Of a DNA stretch of 57,674 bases, positions 47,501-55,573 are shown in pieces. Position numbers and translations under genes: made by a program. The stretch lies in the IMG/VR virus record IMGVR_UViG_3300020733_000019, positions 1-57,674 of that record; one strand, given 5' to 3'. The DNA is from a virus. Its lineage: Duplodnaviria > Caudoviricetes. The notes under the pieces were generated by a model. That model had not been told where the DNA came from. It saw nothing but the letters and a program-made list of their open reading frames with translations, and ran no database searches. How positions within the stretch are numbered: the stretch's first letter is position 1; every line of letters starts with the position of its first letter.

Positions 47501-49970
47501 TAACTCCACCAAATCCAGTATAAGTTGTACCTATCGCACTTAGAATATTTGGAGCGGCAAACATAACAGGCATTTGATCAGTTAGTTGACTAATATTGTT
47601 AGCTGTAAATGTATTTGTCACTGCATTACTAGAAGTTACAGTAGTGGTTATACTAACCGCAGGCTCTACAATAACTCCTCTTAATTCGTCACCAAAAATT
47701 GCTGTATTTGCTGGCACTGTAATTGGCAATGGTTCTGCATACGTGCCTGTTTTAACAAAGATAGTAATAGTTACACCGGTATTAGGTGCCGGTAATGCTT
47801 GTGTGCTTTGAGTTGATAATGCTGTAGTAATATATCCAACTAGTGTTGAAATAATACCTGTACTAGTAACACTTAGTTCGGCTGCCGTTAAGCCAGTTGT
47901 TTGATAAATGACCGGACTAATATTATTAAGAATTTGATAACTAGCTACCGGGCTTGGGGTTTGCTGACTTATTGCGGCATTTATTAAACTAAGCAATTGA
48001 TTCAACATTGGAAGATAGTAAGGTACATCGGCTGCTACTGCACTATTATAAAATATAGTACTTTGATTAAATGCAAAGAAGCTTAATGCGGCTGCAATGG
48101 TCTGGCTATTACCTCCACGACCGAGATCATATGCTATCGCATCAATAATATAGCCGGCATCTCTTGAGGCTTTGATTGGATCTAATGTATAACCTGAATA
48201 CAAATAATTGTATGATCCGTTAGAATTATTAATCTGATAATTTGTCCATTGGATCATTTCAGCTAGGATCCAAGATTTATTAGCAACAAGCAAAGCTACG
48301 CTATATGGATTTTGTGTGCCATTAGATACATAGTTACATGCATAGGCAATTGATTTAAATGGTCTGTCCCAAGTACTACCATATCCTGCGGCGTTTTGTC
48401 CTGTAGATGAACATACATAGAAAACATTTGTAACTGTATTAATATTAGTCCATGTGGGAGTATTATTAGTGTCTCTTAGTACATAAGAAGTTGATCCAAT
48501 CGGTAATGCTGTATATCCTAAAGTAGAACTAGAATAATATTCTAAATCACCTAACGTATTCATCGCATTTTTTCTAGCATGGGTAACATATATTACCCAA
48601 TAAGTATTGCTGGTATCTACATCAGGTCTATTATTAAGAATACTGTTTCCGCCTGAGTATTGTGCTGTGTGATTTTGTATACAAACATACGTTGTATTTT
48701 GCCATACTGCAATGTCGCCGATTGTGTAATTAGTTCCAATAATCCATGTTTTAGTCCATGCAGTACCTGGGATTAATAAATTCCAATAGGCATAATTTAT
48801 ACCAACAAAATTTAAATTTTGTCCGTCGACTAGAGTTGCTGTACTATCAGGAGATGCACTTAATATTACAGTTGTTCCAGATGCGCTGACAACTGTTTGT
48901 CCTTGCGAAAATCCTGTGCCGATAACATACATTCCAGGAGTTATTCCAGAAATTGATCCAACTTTTAAAGTCGTTCCTGAACTTCCAGATGCTGTATAAG
49001 TAGTTGTTACACTAAAAGCCGCTGGATCTTGATTAATGTTATTAGCAGATACTGAATATAATCTACCATGTCTATGAACAATATCTCCAACTACGTAATT
49101 TGCATTTTTATCCCATTCTCCTAAAAAGGCAAATCCTTGTGTAAACAGTGTCCAGAAGCTTGGAGATGAGCTAGGTATATTACCACTGTTGTTAGTAGTT
49201 TTGCTAATGTAGGTATATCCGCCATACTCTATCGTATCACCTACTTGATAGGTTGTACCGTTACTCCATGGATTAGAAGGTGCATATTCTTGTCCAGGCA
49301 ACCATAGTGACCAATTAGCAGGAGTGAATGAGCTGTCACTATTATATGTTGTACATTGATAAATGTTAGGACCTTGTTTTACAAGATCATTAACTTTATA
49401 TCTTGTATTACTAGTCCAATTACCAGTATATGTTACACTACTATAGAATACTTTCCACGAACTTTGATTAGCTTCAAGCCCTAGTGCTGTTGTCGCGGCG
49501 CTAGTATGATTTGCTGTACATTGATATATAATGCCACCATATTTAACAACATCACCTATGCCGTAAACTGTATTAATAGTCCAACTAATATGCCAATTGG
49601 CGAATTGTGTGTATAATGCCCAATAGCTAGTTTGACTTGCAAATGCAGTAGAAGTATGTTGAGTAGTACAGTAATATATTTGTCCGCCAAATATGGCAAT
49701 GTTACCTAAATTATAAAATGTTCCGTTAGTCCATGCGCCTGTAAATGTTTTGCCGTCAATGATTAAATTCCAATAAGGAGTACTTGCACCCGAAGGTGTT
49801 ATATGATTTAAATCGTTGTAAAAATTTGAAGCATCGCTAGTGTTAGCAATTAAACAAACATAAGTTTTACCTTGGTAACTTACAATCGCGTCTTTGATAT
49901 AGGTAGTATTAGGTGTCCACGGACCTAACCACGTAAAGCGTAATCTACCAATTTTAAATTCTGCTGCCAT
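41508..49970 (-). CDS. Giant virion fibre/adhesin, 2820 aa, full-length paralogue of the 4353-aa protein
   Basis: Same N-terminus (EFKIGRLR vs EYKLGRIK), same domain order and near-identical anchors (GGRIRATNGNSSYGVYGV, TSTDQDGNF.VG.LFGVQQ.TG, VVPTQKAI). Confidence 0.85.
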   Translation of the reverse strand: MAAEFKIGRLRFTWLGPWTPNTTYIKDAIVSYQGKTYVCLIANTSDASNFYNDLNHITPSGASTPYWNLIIDGKTFTGAWTNGTFYNLGNIAIFGGQIYYCTTQHTSTAFASQTSYWALYTQFANWHISWTINTVYGIGDVVKYGGIIYQCTANHTSAATTALGLEANQSSWKVFYSSVTYTGNWTSNTRYKVNDLVKQGPNIYQCTTYNSDSSFTPANWSLWLPGQEYAPSNPWSNGTTYQVGDTIEYGGYTYISKTTNNSGNIPSSSPSFWTLFTQGFAFLGEWDKNANYVVGDIVHRHGRLYSVSANNINQDPAAFSVTTTYTASGSSGTTLKVGSISGITPGMYVIGTGFSQGQTVVSASGTTVILSASPDSTATLVDGQNLNFVGINYAYWNLLIPGTAWTKTWIIGTNYTIGDIAVWQNTTYVCIQNHTAQYSGGNSILNNRPDVDTSNTYWVIYVTHARKNAMNTLGDLEYYSSSTLGYTALPIGSTSYVLRDTNNTPTWTNINTVTNVFYVCSSTGQNAAGYGSTWDRPFKSIAYACNYVSNGTQNPYSVALLVANKSWILAEMIQWTNYQINNSNGSYNYLYSGYTLDPIKASRDAGYIIDAIAYDLGRGGNSQTIAAALSFFAFNQSTIFYNSAVAADVPYYLPMLNQLLSLINAAISQQTPSPVASYQILNNISPVIYQTTGLTAAELSVTSTGIISTLVGYITTALSTQSTQALPAPNTGVTITIFVKTGTYAEPLPITVPANTAIFGDELRGVIVEPAVSITTTVTSSNAVTNTFTANNISQLTDQMPVMFAAPNILSAIGTTYTGFGGVNTGQKYYAVGSTINTSTNQFGITGTTGTYTYLTATNVSSAGTGATFTVSAASNGKYTVLNSYSGSSYSSGDTLRIVGATVGAPTTSATALTNGLVYTIVTVGNTNFITSGASANTVGTSFTYNGVALSGTGTVNLSVNDVNITVLTTSASGGITGIANTGSTIIQLLTYTNGNMSMYAGDALKDMFRLRNGTGLRNMTLVGLLGTLGAVDTYLLQRPTGGSYACLDPGLGPNDTTAWIYRRSPYVQNVTAFGNGCTALKIDGTLHNGGNKSIVCNDFTHIVNDGIGIWCTGPGALTEAVSVFSYYGYSGYMAEAGGRIRATNGNSSYGVYGVIATGYDVTETPATGSVFNQSTQIQATVQSAYGSSAQLLRLNYANAGSAYYTPTTNMLNYSNNFLGGNWSSDGNVVFAKNTIAPTGNGEAWSLQGLTAGPDGSYVYQNVAIPSAGTTYTNVSAVNVSGSGTSALFTITVTSTSYIVVPTSGGTGYVSGNQLFVAGGQLGGVNSVNDCVITVASTGSLASILTVTSSGTVPINSALNYTLSIYIKKGTATSIDLYGIFSGSSTVTSTLNYNFATGTVTPGSSGGGFLPNQYGAISQAISTSGPTLGWYRLWMTINDTTGLNTNLQFRLYPRGYNGTAGQYSYVYGSQLELSNSAYKPNFYLEVVSTSKYTAYANLNITGSGTGVVTIADELRSASIFQTYVTTDTNGITGGAGYLTASNNAQAGTNQFVQLSLSDTNTNANYTGMRVFINSGTGAGQYGYISYFDSRTTGSTPKYAWVLKESFSSLQIISTNSGTGLFTLQNNLNVSTLYLNQPVQFIPTYFTTTVISTNLAQTTVTQATGGTSNYFTVSSTVGLTVNMGVTFTAPIGYSIFSNVVTGYTYYVSAILGPTTVQISANFAGTTYALNSGTGTMIMNYIANTNYLQASTTNMVVNYPVQFTGTALGGVTDSTVYYISDIIDINNFTISTTLVSITVSTTTVGTNALTVSSVGGTSALVPLNPIVFTNVFDNIVDSTKYYISSIINSTQFTVAGSLITTSMTATANGTNLLTVASTTGFVSNQPVNFVGTSWETNIISGTVYYIQAINNLTSFTISQTPGGAAITMAGGSGIMTARTCPASFTLAGSTGTMSGASTNAVKTLTLSPSGSMTATFSTSLFGGSAVTIGQTYYVQSIPSTTGTTFAVSLAQGTVSGSSTTATPISLVTKTGSMNIASVGWDHINPGTPIQAVLDNSSVYYIEPRLTYSTPTFGQTTYTSGVSLSAGASWTTMAYGQKYWIALPNTGQTAAGSSDGQTWSSITLPSAQSWSSIAYGNGYWVAVASGSATAAVSKSNGQGWRTSTLPSSTTWSNIAYGNGTFVTFASGTSTGVYSTNYGTTWTACQTSSTLTATGFTVSGGTATLTYATQSIAPFTIGGTVTLTGFSPLQTSGTVNTINTTFTVTACTTSQVQFALTGTYTVSILGSVTGIRTGLPTSSAWSGIAYGNGLFVAISSGSTAAAYSFNGQTWYASTLPASSTWTSIAYGQQTFVVVSSTSITPIYTQNGSTWYSSNIAVVATAVTYGQGVFTALSGTSTTAYTSEDCLQWNQQTVASQSYSGATAFGFTTTNYGVIATLSSQNAGSIVNAGCRTKGRASVSSGIITSVSEWEPGGGYIMSSGSTSFASPSVIVTDPNVTTNVQVTARISNGVLSSPSFYNKGNGYNSNSTVVLVTGSGYADQYQTGLTVILNNLTRLPSPGDNLTITGVSQIYKVTSAYAVYGTTAPNLEANVSVSPAITNANATANGTVVSIRTKYSQARLTNHDFLYIGSGDLINSQYPATSNALAYPNNQTIEANYGRVFYTSTDQDGNFKVGSLFGVQQATGIVTLSASQFGLTGLTTLSLGGISIGGSSVVIQQFSTDSTFSANSDSVVPTQKAIRTYLTSRLSQGGANTFTGQLTAGTVVVGGPNFIKSTIPNGTTGSNIKMTSKIYFGQVLNAGLVNIGVDGNMAALSFFARNSFRRNS

Positions 49971-49985
49971 GTTATTCTTTTCCTA

Positions 49986-50366
49986 TTAAGTTGCTGACAC
50001 TGTCTGCAACGCAGTATATGTGTATGGTTGGTTAATTCTTACAACTAATTGTCCTTGATTATCGATATAATAATAACAATTTTTACTATCCCATCGATAT
50101 TGATCAAATACTAAATTTGGATATGGTCGAGTATGAGTAACTGCATTACGTCCATCAAAATAATCAACACCGTATTCAAAATTTTCAAAGTTATTAGCAC
50201 TTGAGCCAGCTACATTTACTTGTATAGATGCTGAGCTTGTTATTTGATCAACTTTATAAAAATAAAGTGTGCCATCATCTTGTCGTTGTAAGCCGTAGAA
50301 GTATCTAGGATTGCCTTCACCTAATAAATCATTTGAATTGTATTCGTTACCAACATAATATGTCAT
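49986..50366 (-). CDS. Hypothetical protein (126 aa, Tyr/Asn-rich)
   Basis: ORF in the structural operon with an AAGGA RBS; no recognised motif. Confidence 0.7.
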   Translation of the reverse strand: MTYYVGNEYNSNDLLGEGNPRYFYGLQRQDDGTLYFYKVDQITSSASIQVNVAGSSANNFENFEYGVDYFDGRNAVTHTRPYPNLVFDQYRWDSKNCYYYIDNQGQLVVRINQPYTYTALQTVSAT

Positions 50367-50375
50367 AATATATCC

Positions 50376-51176
50376 TTAGCTTATCTCAACATAACTTAGC
50401 ACAACATCCATTGTACTAGCTTGATTGGACCAAAGTAGTACACTTGTACTAGGGCCTAGAACTAATCTTTCACCGCCGTTAATAATTCTTGCACTTGTAT
50501 TTGGCGGTATTACAATATTTTGTATAAAATAAGCCGCAGTGTTAGCAATGGTATCTTGCAACTGAACACTTGCTACAATGATGCTACCGGTAGTGTTTGA
50601 TAAACTTAGACCAATTACTGTTGTAGTTGCACTTGAACTACTGATTAATACGCAAGGTGTAATAGTACCAGCAGTAGTCATAGTACCAGTACCTGTGCTA
50701 GCAAAAACTACTTGACTTGCAGTAGCACTAATAACATAAAATGTTCCATTATAAGTTGTTGGTACCATGCCAGATACACTAATATAACTACCTACTTGAT
50801 ATGGAGTAGCAATCTGAGTAGCAAATGTTAGTGTAGATGTGTTTAGTGTATAGGTTAATCCAGTTGGAGTGCCTGTTGTTGTTACAACACCGGTGCCGCC
50901 TTGAGTAGTTGATAATGTAAATGTTGTTGATCCGTTGGTTGCAATAATATAATAAGTTGTAGGATTGGTATAACCTGTAATAGTTACACCGCCCAATGTT
51001 CCACTAATTACTACAGATTGCCCTACAGCTAAATTACTATTGCTTGTGCATTGAAATTGTCCGCCAATGCCTGTGACAGTTACTCCACTAAGTGTAGTAC
51101 TAGTTCCGGATGCCGCAGTTGGAGTTATCTGTGTGCCCACTCCTGCTAATAATTTATTTTTAAATACGGTTGTCAT
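50376..51176 (-). CDS. Small virion protein carrying nested inserted beta modules
   Basis: Core MTTVFKNKL..GVGT / TTVIGLSLSN...IPPNTS...GGERLVL...DVVLSYVEIS is split by about 155 aa of T/G-rich modules. Confidence 0.7.
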   Translation of the reverse strand: MTTVFKNKLLAGVGTQITPTAASGTSTTLSGVTVTGIGGQFQCTSNSNLAVGQSVVISGTLGGVTITGYTNPTTYYIIATNGSTTFTLSTTQGGTGVVTTTGTPTGLTYTLNTSTLTFATQIATPYQVGSYISVSGMVPTTYNGTFYVISATASQVVFASTGTGTMTTAGTITPCVLISSSSATTTVIGLSLSNTTGSIIVASVQLQDTIANTAAYFIQNIVIPPNTSARIINGGERLVLGPSTSVLLWSNQASTMDVVLSYVEIS

Positions 51177-51179
51177 TGA

Positions 51180-52235
51180 TTATCCTAAAGTCAGTGCTGT
51201 TTGTACACCAATATCTTGTGCTGTACTTGAAGTTACACCACTACTGGTTCCTGCAACACTTCCCCATGTTGTTCCATTATATACTTCAACATATCCTGCA
51301 TCGGTGTTAAATCGAATCATACCAGTAGTTTCGTATTGAGTAGCTGGACGATTTGAGCTGTTACCAACAGGAATTACAACACCGTAAGTTCCTGTAAATT
51401 GAAAATATCCGCTACCTGTGTTTACAAACTGTGTTACAGAATTACTAACTGTATTGGTTAGTGTATTAGTAGTAAATCTTAAATTACCTAATACAACACC
51501 TGCAGTACCTGTGGTATTAAAAACAATATCGGTGTTGGAATTAATAGCACTGATTGAATTACCAGTTAGCGTTAGTCCGCTAGTATTTGCAGTTGTAGCA
51601 TTTACTGTAGTGGCATTTACTGTAGTAGAAGTTAGTGTATTTGAATATACTGTTGCCCATTGTAAACTATTTGAACCTAATGTATATGTATTTGTCACTG
51701 ATGGCAAAATATTACTGTTAACTTCACCAGTAAATGTAATAGTATCATTACTAGCGGCACCTAATTGAATATTTCCGTCAGCTGTAATATTACCAGTAGC
51801 ATGTAAGTTACCTGTTACTAAAACATTATTGTTTAAATTAATTACACCTGTGCCGTTAGCATTAATGTTAACAGCACCGTTTGCGTTTGTTGAACTTAGA
51901 GTATTTCCAGTTAGGCTTAAATTTCCAACTAGTGCAGTACCTTGATAGACAGTTGCATTTGTTCCCTGAGGACTAAATGTAATTGTTGAGTCGTTAGTTG
52001 AAATTGTGCTACCTGAAAAGGTTAGCAATCCTAGTGTTGCTGATCCACTAGTGTATAAATTTGTTGTTCGGGTAGTTCCATTAACTGAAAGATCGTTCGT
52101 TGGACTAGAAGTATTAATACCCACTCGGCTATTAACAACATCTAAATAGAGAAGGTTCGTCTCGAAGGCTAAATTTTGCCCATTACGGAGCAAATTATCC
52201 TTTAAGAGCGGACCGGAAATTCGACCAACAGCCAT
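51180..52235 (-). CDS. Tail-fibre-like virion protein (paralogue A)
   Basis: GRISGPLL..NLLRNG.NLAF, RVGINT.SP...L.V.G, repeated GN.I...N.N....I...GTG, C-terminal IPVG....RP....GMIRFNT...EVYNG..W. Confidence 0.72.
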   Translation of the reverse strand: MAVGRISGPLLKDNLLRNGQNLAFETNLLYLDVVNSRVGINTSSPTNDLSVNGTTRTTNLYTSGSATLGLLTFSGSTISTNDSTITFSPQGTNATVYQGTALVGNLSLTGNTLSSTNANGAVNINANGTGVINLNNNVLVTGNLHATGNITADGNIQLGAASNDTITFTGEVNSNILPSVTNTYTLGSNSLQWATVYSNTLTSTTVNATTVNATTANTSGLTLTGNSISAINSNTDIVFNTTGTAGVVLGNLRFTTNTLTNTVSNSVTQFVNTGSGYFQFTGTYGVVIPVGNSSNRPATQYETTGMIRFNTDAGYVEVYNGTTWGSVAGTSSGVTSSTAQDIGVQTALTLG

Positions 52236-52356
52236 GAGCTCTCCTTGTACCCCCGTGTTTCACGGATAACCACCTTTTCATCCCTTGTTGTAAGGGCTCT
52301 TTGCGGGTTTACCACAGTCGGATATCGTAATGCTTGGTCAAGCACTACAGTATTAG
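52236..52356 (-). ncRNA. Candidate structured 5' leader / cis-regulatory RNA
   Basis: GC-rich intergenic segment between a CTAAATA box and the AGGAG RBS, with four hairpins at 52327-52348, 52302-52316, 52282-52296 and 52253-52265. No family recognised. Confidence 0.5.
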
Positions 52357-52363
52357 TATTTAG
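52357..52363 (-). promoter_or_regulatory. Late promoter CTAAATA
   Basis: Minus strand gCTAAATAc, the same context as the gp13 promoter. Confidence 0.65.
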
Positions 52364-52386
52364 CTGTTTTGATTTTTAAGGGTTGA

Positions 52387-53469
52387 TTACCCTAAAATTA
52401 AGTCCCAAGCCCACATAACATCGTTGACTTGATTTTGAGTTAGTACCGCTGAAGTACCTCCTACTGGATTCCAACTTGTTCCATTATAAACTTCACTGTA
52501 TCCTAGTGTTGAATTATAACGCAACTGTCCTTGTACAGGACTTGGTGGGTAATTACTGCTAGTTCCTGCTGGAAATACAACACCGTTATTACCGGTAAAC
52601 TGCATGTAACCATTATTAATATTATTAAATGTTACTATAGCTGAAGGAAATGTTATAGTGTTTGCAGTATTAAAATAATAGCTACCATCAAAGTTAACAG
52701 CACCCGTTCCAGATGTTATAAAACTAATGTCATTGCCTGCACTGTTGGCAATAGTATTTGTAGTTAAAGCAATATTGCCGCCATTAAGTGTTGTAGCATT
52801 TAGGATTGTATTAGCAGTAGAACCAAATGTAGTTGCTGAATAAGTGTTTGTATAGATATTATTCCATAATAAACTATTTGATCCCAAGTTATAAGTATAA
52901 GTTGTGCTAGGTAAAATATTGCTATTAACGTCGGCACTAAATGTAATAAGATCCGTAACTTGATCACCAAGTGTAACATTTCCATCCCAGGTAATATTAC
53001 CTGTAGCATGTAAACCACCATTTACTGTAACTTGTACACTACCGTTACCGTTAGTAAAGTTAATACTGCCTGTGCCGTTAGGTGTAATATTGATACTGTC
53101 ATTTAGAACAGTGTCGCTAAGTGTATTACCATAGGCATATAAATTGCTAGTGCTTAATCCGGGAGTTGAAATATATGCTGTTCCAGCAAGTGCGCTGGGA
53201 GCAATAGTTACAGTTGTTAGTACTTGTTGAATAGTACTACCGCTGACTACAAAGTTTCCAATATCTGCTGTTGTATCAACTATTAAGTTAACTGAATCAA
53301 TGGCATTGGGAGTGTATAAATCGTTAACAGGTGCATTATTATTAGCACCGATACGTTTATTAACTACGTCAACATATAAAACTTTGTTGTCAAATGCTAG
53401 GTTTGATCCATTACGTAGTAAATTATTTGCTAGTAATGGGCCGCCTATTCTACCTTGTTGGACGGACAT
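52387..53469 (-). CDS. Tail-fibre-like virion protein (paralogue B)
   Basis: GRIGGPLLANNLLRNGSNLAF, LHATGNIT.DGN..LG, VNSNILPS, G.LRYNS...EVYNG..W shared with paralogue A. Confidence 0.72.
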   Translation of the reverse strand: MSVQQGRIGGPLLANNLLRNGSNLAFDNKVLYVDVVNKRIGANNNAPVNDLYTPNAIDSVNLIVDTTADIGNFVVSGSTIQQVLTTVTIAPSALAGTAYISTPGLSTSNLYAYGNTLSDTVLNDSINITPNGTGSINFTNGNGSVQVTVNGGLHATGNITWDGNVTLGDQVTDLITFSADVNSNILPSTTYTYNLGSNSLLWNNIYTNTYSATTFGSTANTILNATTLNGGNIALTTNTIANSAGNDISFITSGTGAVNFDGSYYFNTANTITFPSAIVTFNNINNGYMQFTGNNGVVFPAGTSSNYPPSPVQGQLRYNSTLGYSEVYNGTSWNPVGGTSAVLTQNQVNDVMWAWDLILG

Positions 53470-53480
53470 TGCGACCCTCC

Positions 53481-55238
53481 TTAGGCGTCAAAACCTAATA
53501 GTGCTGTAACTACTTTACCTAATGGAACAGGGCTAGTAAATTGTAAATAGTTACCTGTGTAAGTAACTGAAGGTTCAGTGATTGTCACTGAGGTAGTGGC
53601 AGTTATACTAGAAGTTATAGTATTTTTGCTAAGTCCAATATTTAACAATGCATCAGTATTAGGATCTGTTTGATAACTTAATACACAAGTTGGTAGTGTA
53701 AATGTTAATCCGCTTGGACTTCCTGCTGTAGTTGTTATTCCTGTTGTTGCTCCAGGAAATGCACCTAGAGTAAATGTAGTTGAACTATTGGTTGTAATAA
53801 TATAATATGTTCCATTAGCCACTGAACCTGAACCAATATTAGATCCTGTGATTGTAACTGCTTGGTTAACAGCTAGGGTAGTTGATGAACAACTGAACGC
53901 ACCTGCATTACTTGTAATTGTTACACCCGACAATGTAGTCGATGACGGTATCTGAGCAGGTCCACTTACTACTGCACCTAAAATATTAACTGCTGGATAA
54001 ACTGCTGTTGTACTAGAAATTGTTCCTGCGGTTATCATTGATCCAGTAGCTGGACTTGTGTAACTTACGCTTGATGTTGTTGGGGCTGGACTTGCTAGTA
54101 CAGTAAATTTACCATTGTAGGCACTTGGTGAAAATCCTGCAACAACGATTGTATCGCCTGCGGCAAATGGTACTCCAGATTGTGTAGCAAATGTCAATGT
54201 AGCTGTTTGTCCTTGAGCTTGCATACTTACACTAGCAGTAGATTGGCTGATACTTACTGTGTAACTTGTACCAGTTAAACTGCCTGGGCTACCACTTGTA
54301 TAACTTGCCACTGATTGACTTTGACTTAGAGTGTATGTACCTACACCGCCTGTACCAGTTCCAAATGCACTGATATAACTTCCAGCTGTCATGTTGCCGC
54401 CAGTTATTATCATACCCAATGCAATAGCACTTGATGTCACTGCGGTAACGTTGAGTGTTGTTGAACTTGATGTTGTATAACCAGTAAATGCCGCTGAGTT
54501 TACAGCTACAATAGTTGTTCCAGCTGTTGCGCCACTAGTAATTGTTTGTCCGCTTATTGGAGCACTACCACTTTGTACTGTTAGTGTTGTTCCAGCTGTA
54601 CCCGATGGTGCTGATCCATTTGAAATAAAACCAGTAAATGATGTAGTTCCACTAGAGCTTGTACCAGTTCCTAATAAACTTGTGCTAAAATATAATGTAG
54701 AAGAACCAACTGTAGCTGTTTGACTAACTGTAGGTGTGTATGTTTCTCCTGGAACTGATTGTCCGTTTACTACGGTATAGTTATATCCATTCAGTTGAAG
54801 CACGTTTTCAACAACTACTAACACGTTCTGTCCACCATACTGTCCGGCAGCGGCACCGCCTGATTGTGGAATATCGCTTGAATAATTAAGTTGATTCGGT
54901 GCGTATGCCGAATTCAAAGGACCAAACATTGTGTTTGAACCATCTCCTGCACCTAAGTTTTGTTGGATAATTGCTGTAGGTTCTTTGAAACGTAAACTTC
55001 TCCAGTTGGCTGTTCCACCTCCCGTTGACCCTTGATATACTTCAACTTCATTAGTTTGAGTATTGTATCGCATAGCACCTAAATATGTGCCGTTGCGTTG
55101 TGCAGTAGTACCGTTAGGCAATACAAGACTTCCAAGTCCTGTTGGGCTTACGAACACATTATTATTTGATGTATCTGAATACAGAGTAGTATCAAATATT
55201 GCTCGACGACTAAGTGTTTGTTGTTTAAGGTATCTCAT
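53481..55238 (-). CDS. Virion structural protein with multiply nested beta modules
   Basis: LP.GTTAQR...G.MRYNT...VEVY, LG.GDG....FGPL, VLV.VENV.Q....NYT / LQFTSPVP.GK.VT core; the last element is split by about 400 aa of inserts. Confidence 0.7.
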   Translation of the reverse strand: MRYLKQQTLSRRAIFDTTLYSDTSNNNVFVSPTGLGSLVLPNGTTAQRNGTYLGAMRYNTQTNEVEVYQGSTGGGTANWRSLRFKEPTAIIQQNLGAGDGSNTMFGPLNSAYAPNQLNYSSDIPQSGGAAAGQYGGQNVLVVVENVLQLNGYNYTVVNGQSVPGETYTPTVSQTATVGSSTLYFSTSLLGTGTSSSGTTSFTGFISNGSAPSGTAGTTLTVQSGSAPISGQTITSGATAGTTIVAVNSAAFTGYTTSSSTTLNVTAVTSSAIALGMIITGGNMTAGSYISAFGTGTGGVGTYTLSQSQSVASYTSGSPGSLTGTSYTVSISQSTASVSMQAQGQTATLTFATQSGVPFAAGDTIVVAGFSPSAYNGKFTVLASPAPTTSSVSYTSPATGSMITAGTISSTTAVYPAVNILGAVVSGPAQIPSSTTLSGVTITSNAGAFSCSSTTLAVNQAVTITGSNIGSGSVANGTYYIITTNSSTTFTLGAFPGATTGITTTAGSPSGLTFTLPTCVLSYQTDPNTDALLNIGLSKNTITSSITATTSVTITEPSVTYTGNYLQFTSPVPLGKVVTALLGFDA

Positions 55239-55564
55239 TATACTGGTAGTGTGCTTACGACAATTGACAATGCAGTTGATGATGTTTTTGCACTAACATA
55301 AATTGCATCACCTGATCCTAATACTAATTTTTCTTGATCTAAACTTACAGTTTCACCTGCTGGTACTGCTAGCTGATATACTATGATGTTAGTATTACTA
55401 TTTGAAAATCCGCTAGGAACTGCCCAAATAGATATGTTATCCAATGCTCCTGAATAATTGCAAATCATCATAGAAGTAATAGCATTACCTGTACTAGGAG
55501 CTGTTACTGTTGGTAATGAAAGTGCTGTTGGTGTAGTTGTGACTGCGTATGCTGTTAATGCCAT
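55238..55564 (-). CDS. Small beta-rich virion protein
   Basis: AITSMMICN....I.IWAVP.G....N.I...L.VPAGET..LD.EKLVL..GD.I; AAGGA RBS. Confidence 0.65.
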   Translation of the reverse strand: MALTAYAVTTTPTALSLPTVTAPSTGNAITSMMICNYSGALDNISIWAVPSGFSNSNTNIIVYQLAVPAGETVSLDQEKLVLGSGDAIYVSAKTSSTALSIVVSTLPV

Positions 55565-55573
55565 GTTCTTTCC

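Noticed and set aside
24479-49970. Diversity-generating retroelement or invertase shufflon acting on fibre tips
   Set aside because: No reverse transcriptase or recombinase in the window, and no ~100-nt repeat pair differing only at adenines was seen; only short exact repeats.
52236-52356. Hammerhead ribozyme in the structured leader
   Set aside because: GAUGA and GAAA words occur, but the CUGANGA core and required stem arrangement were not found by eye.
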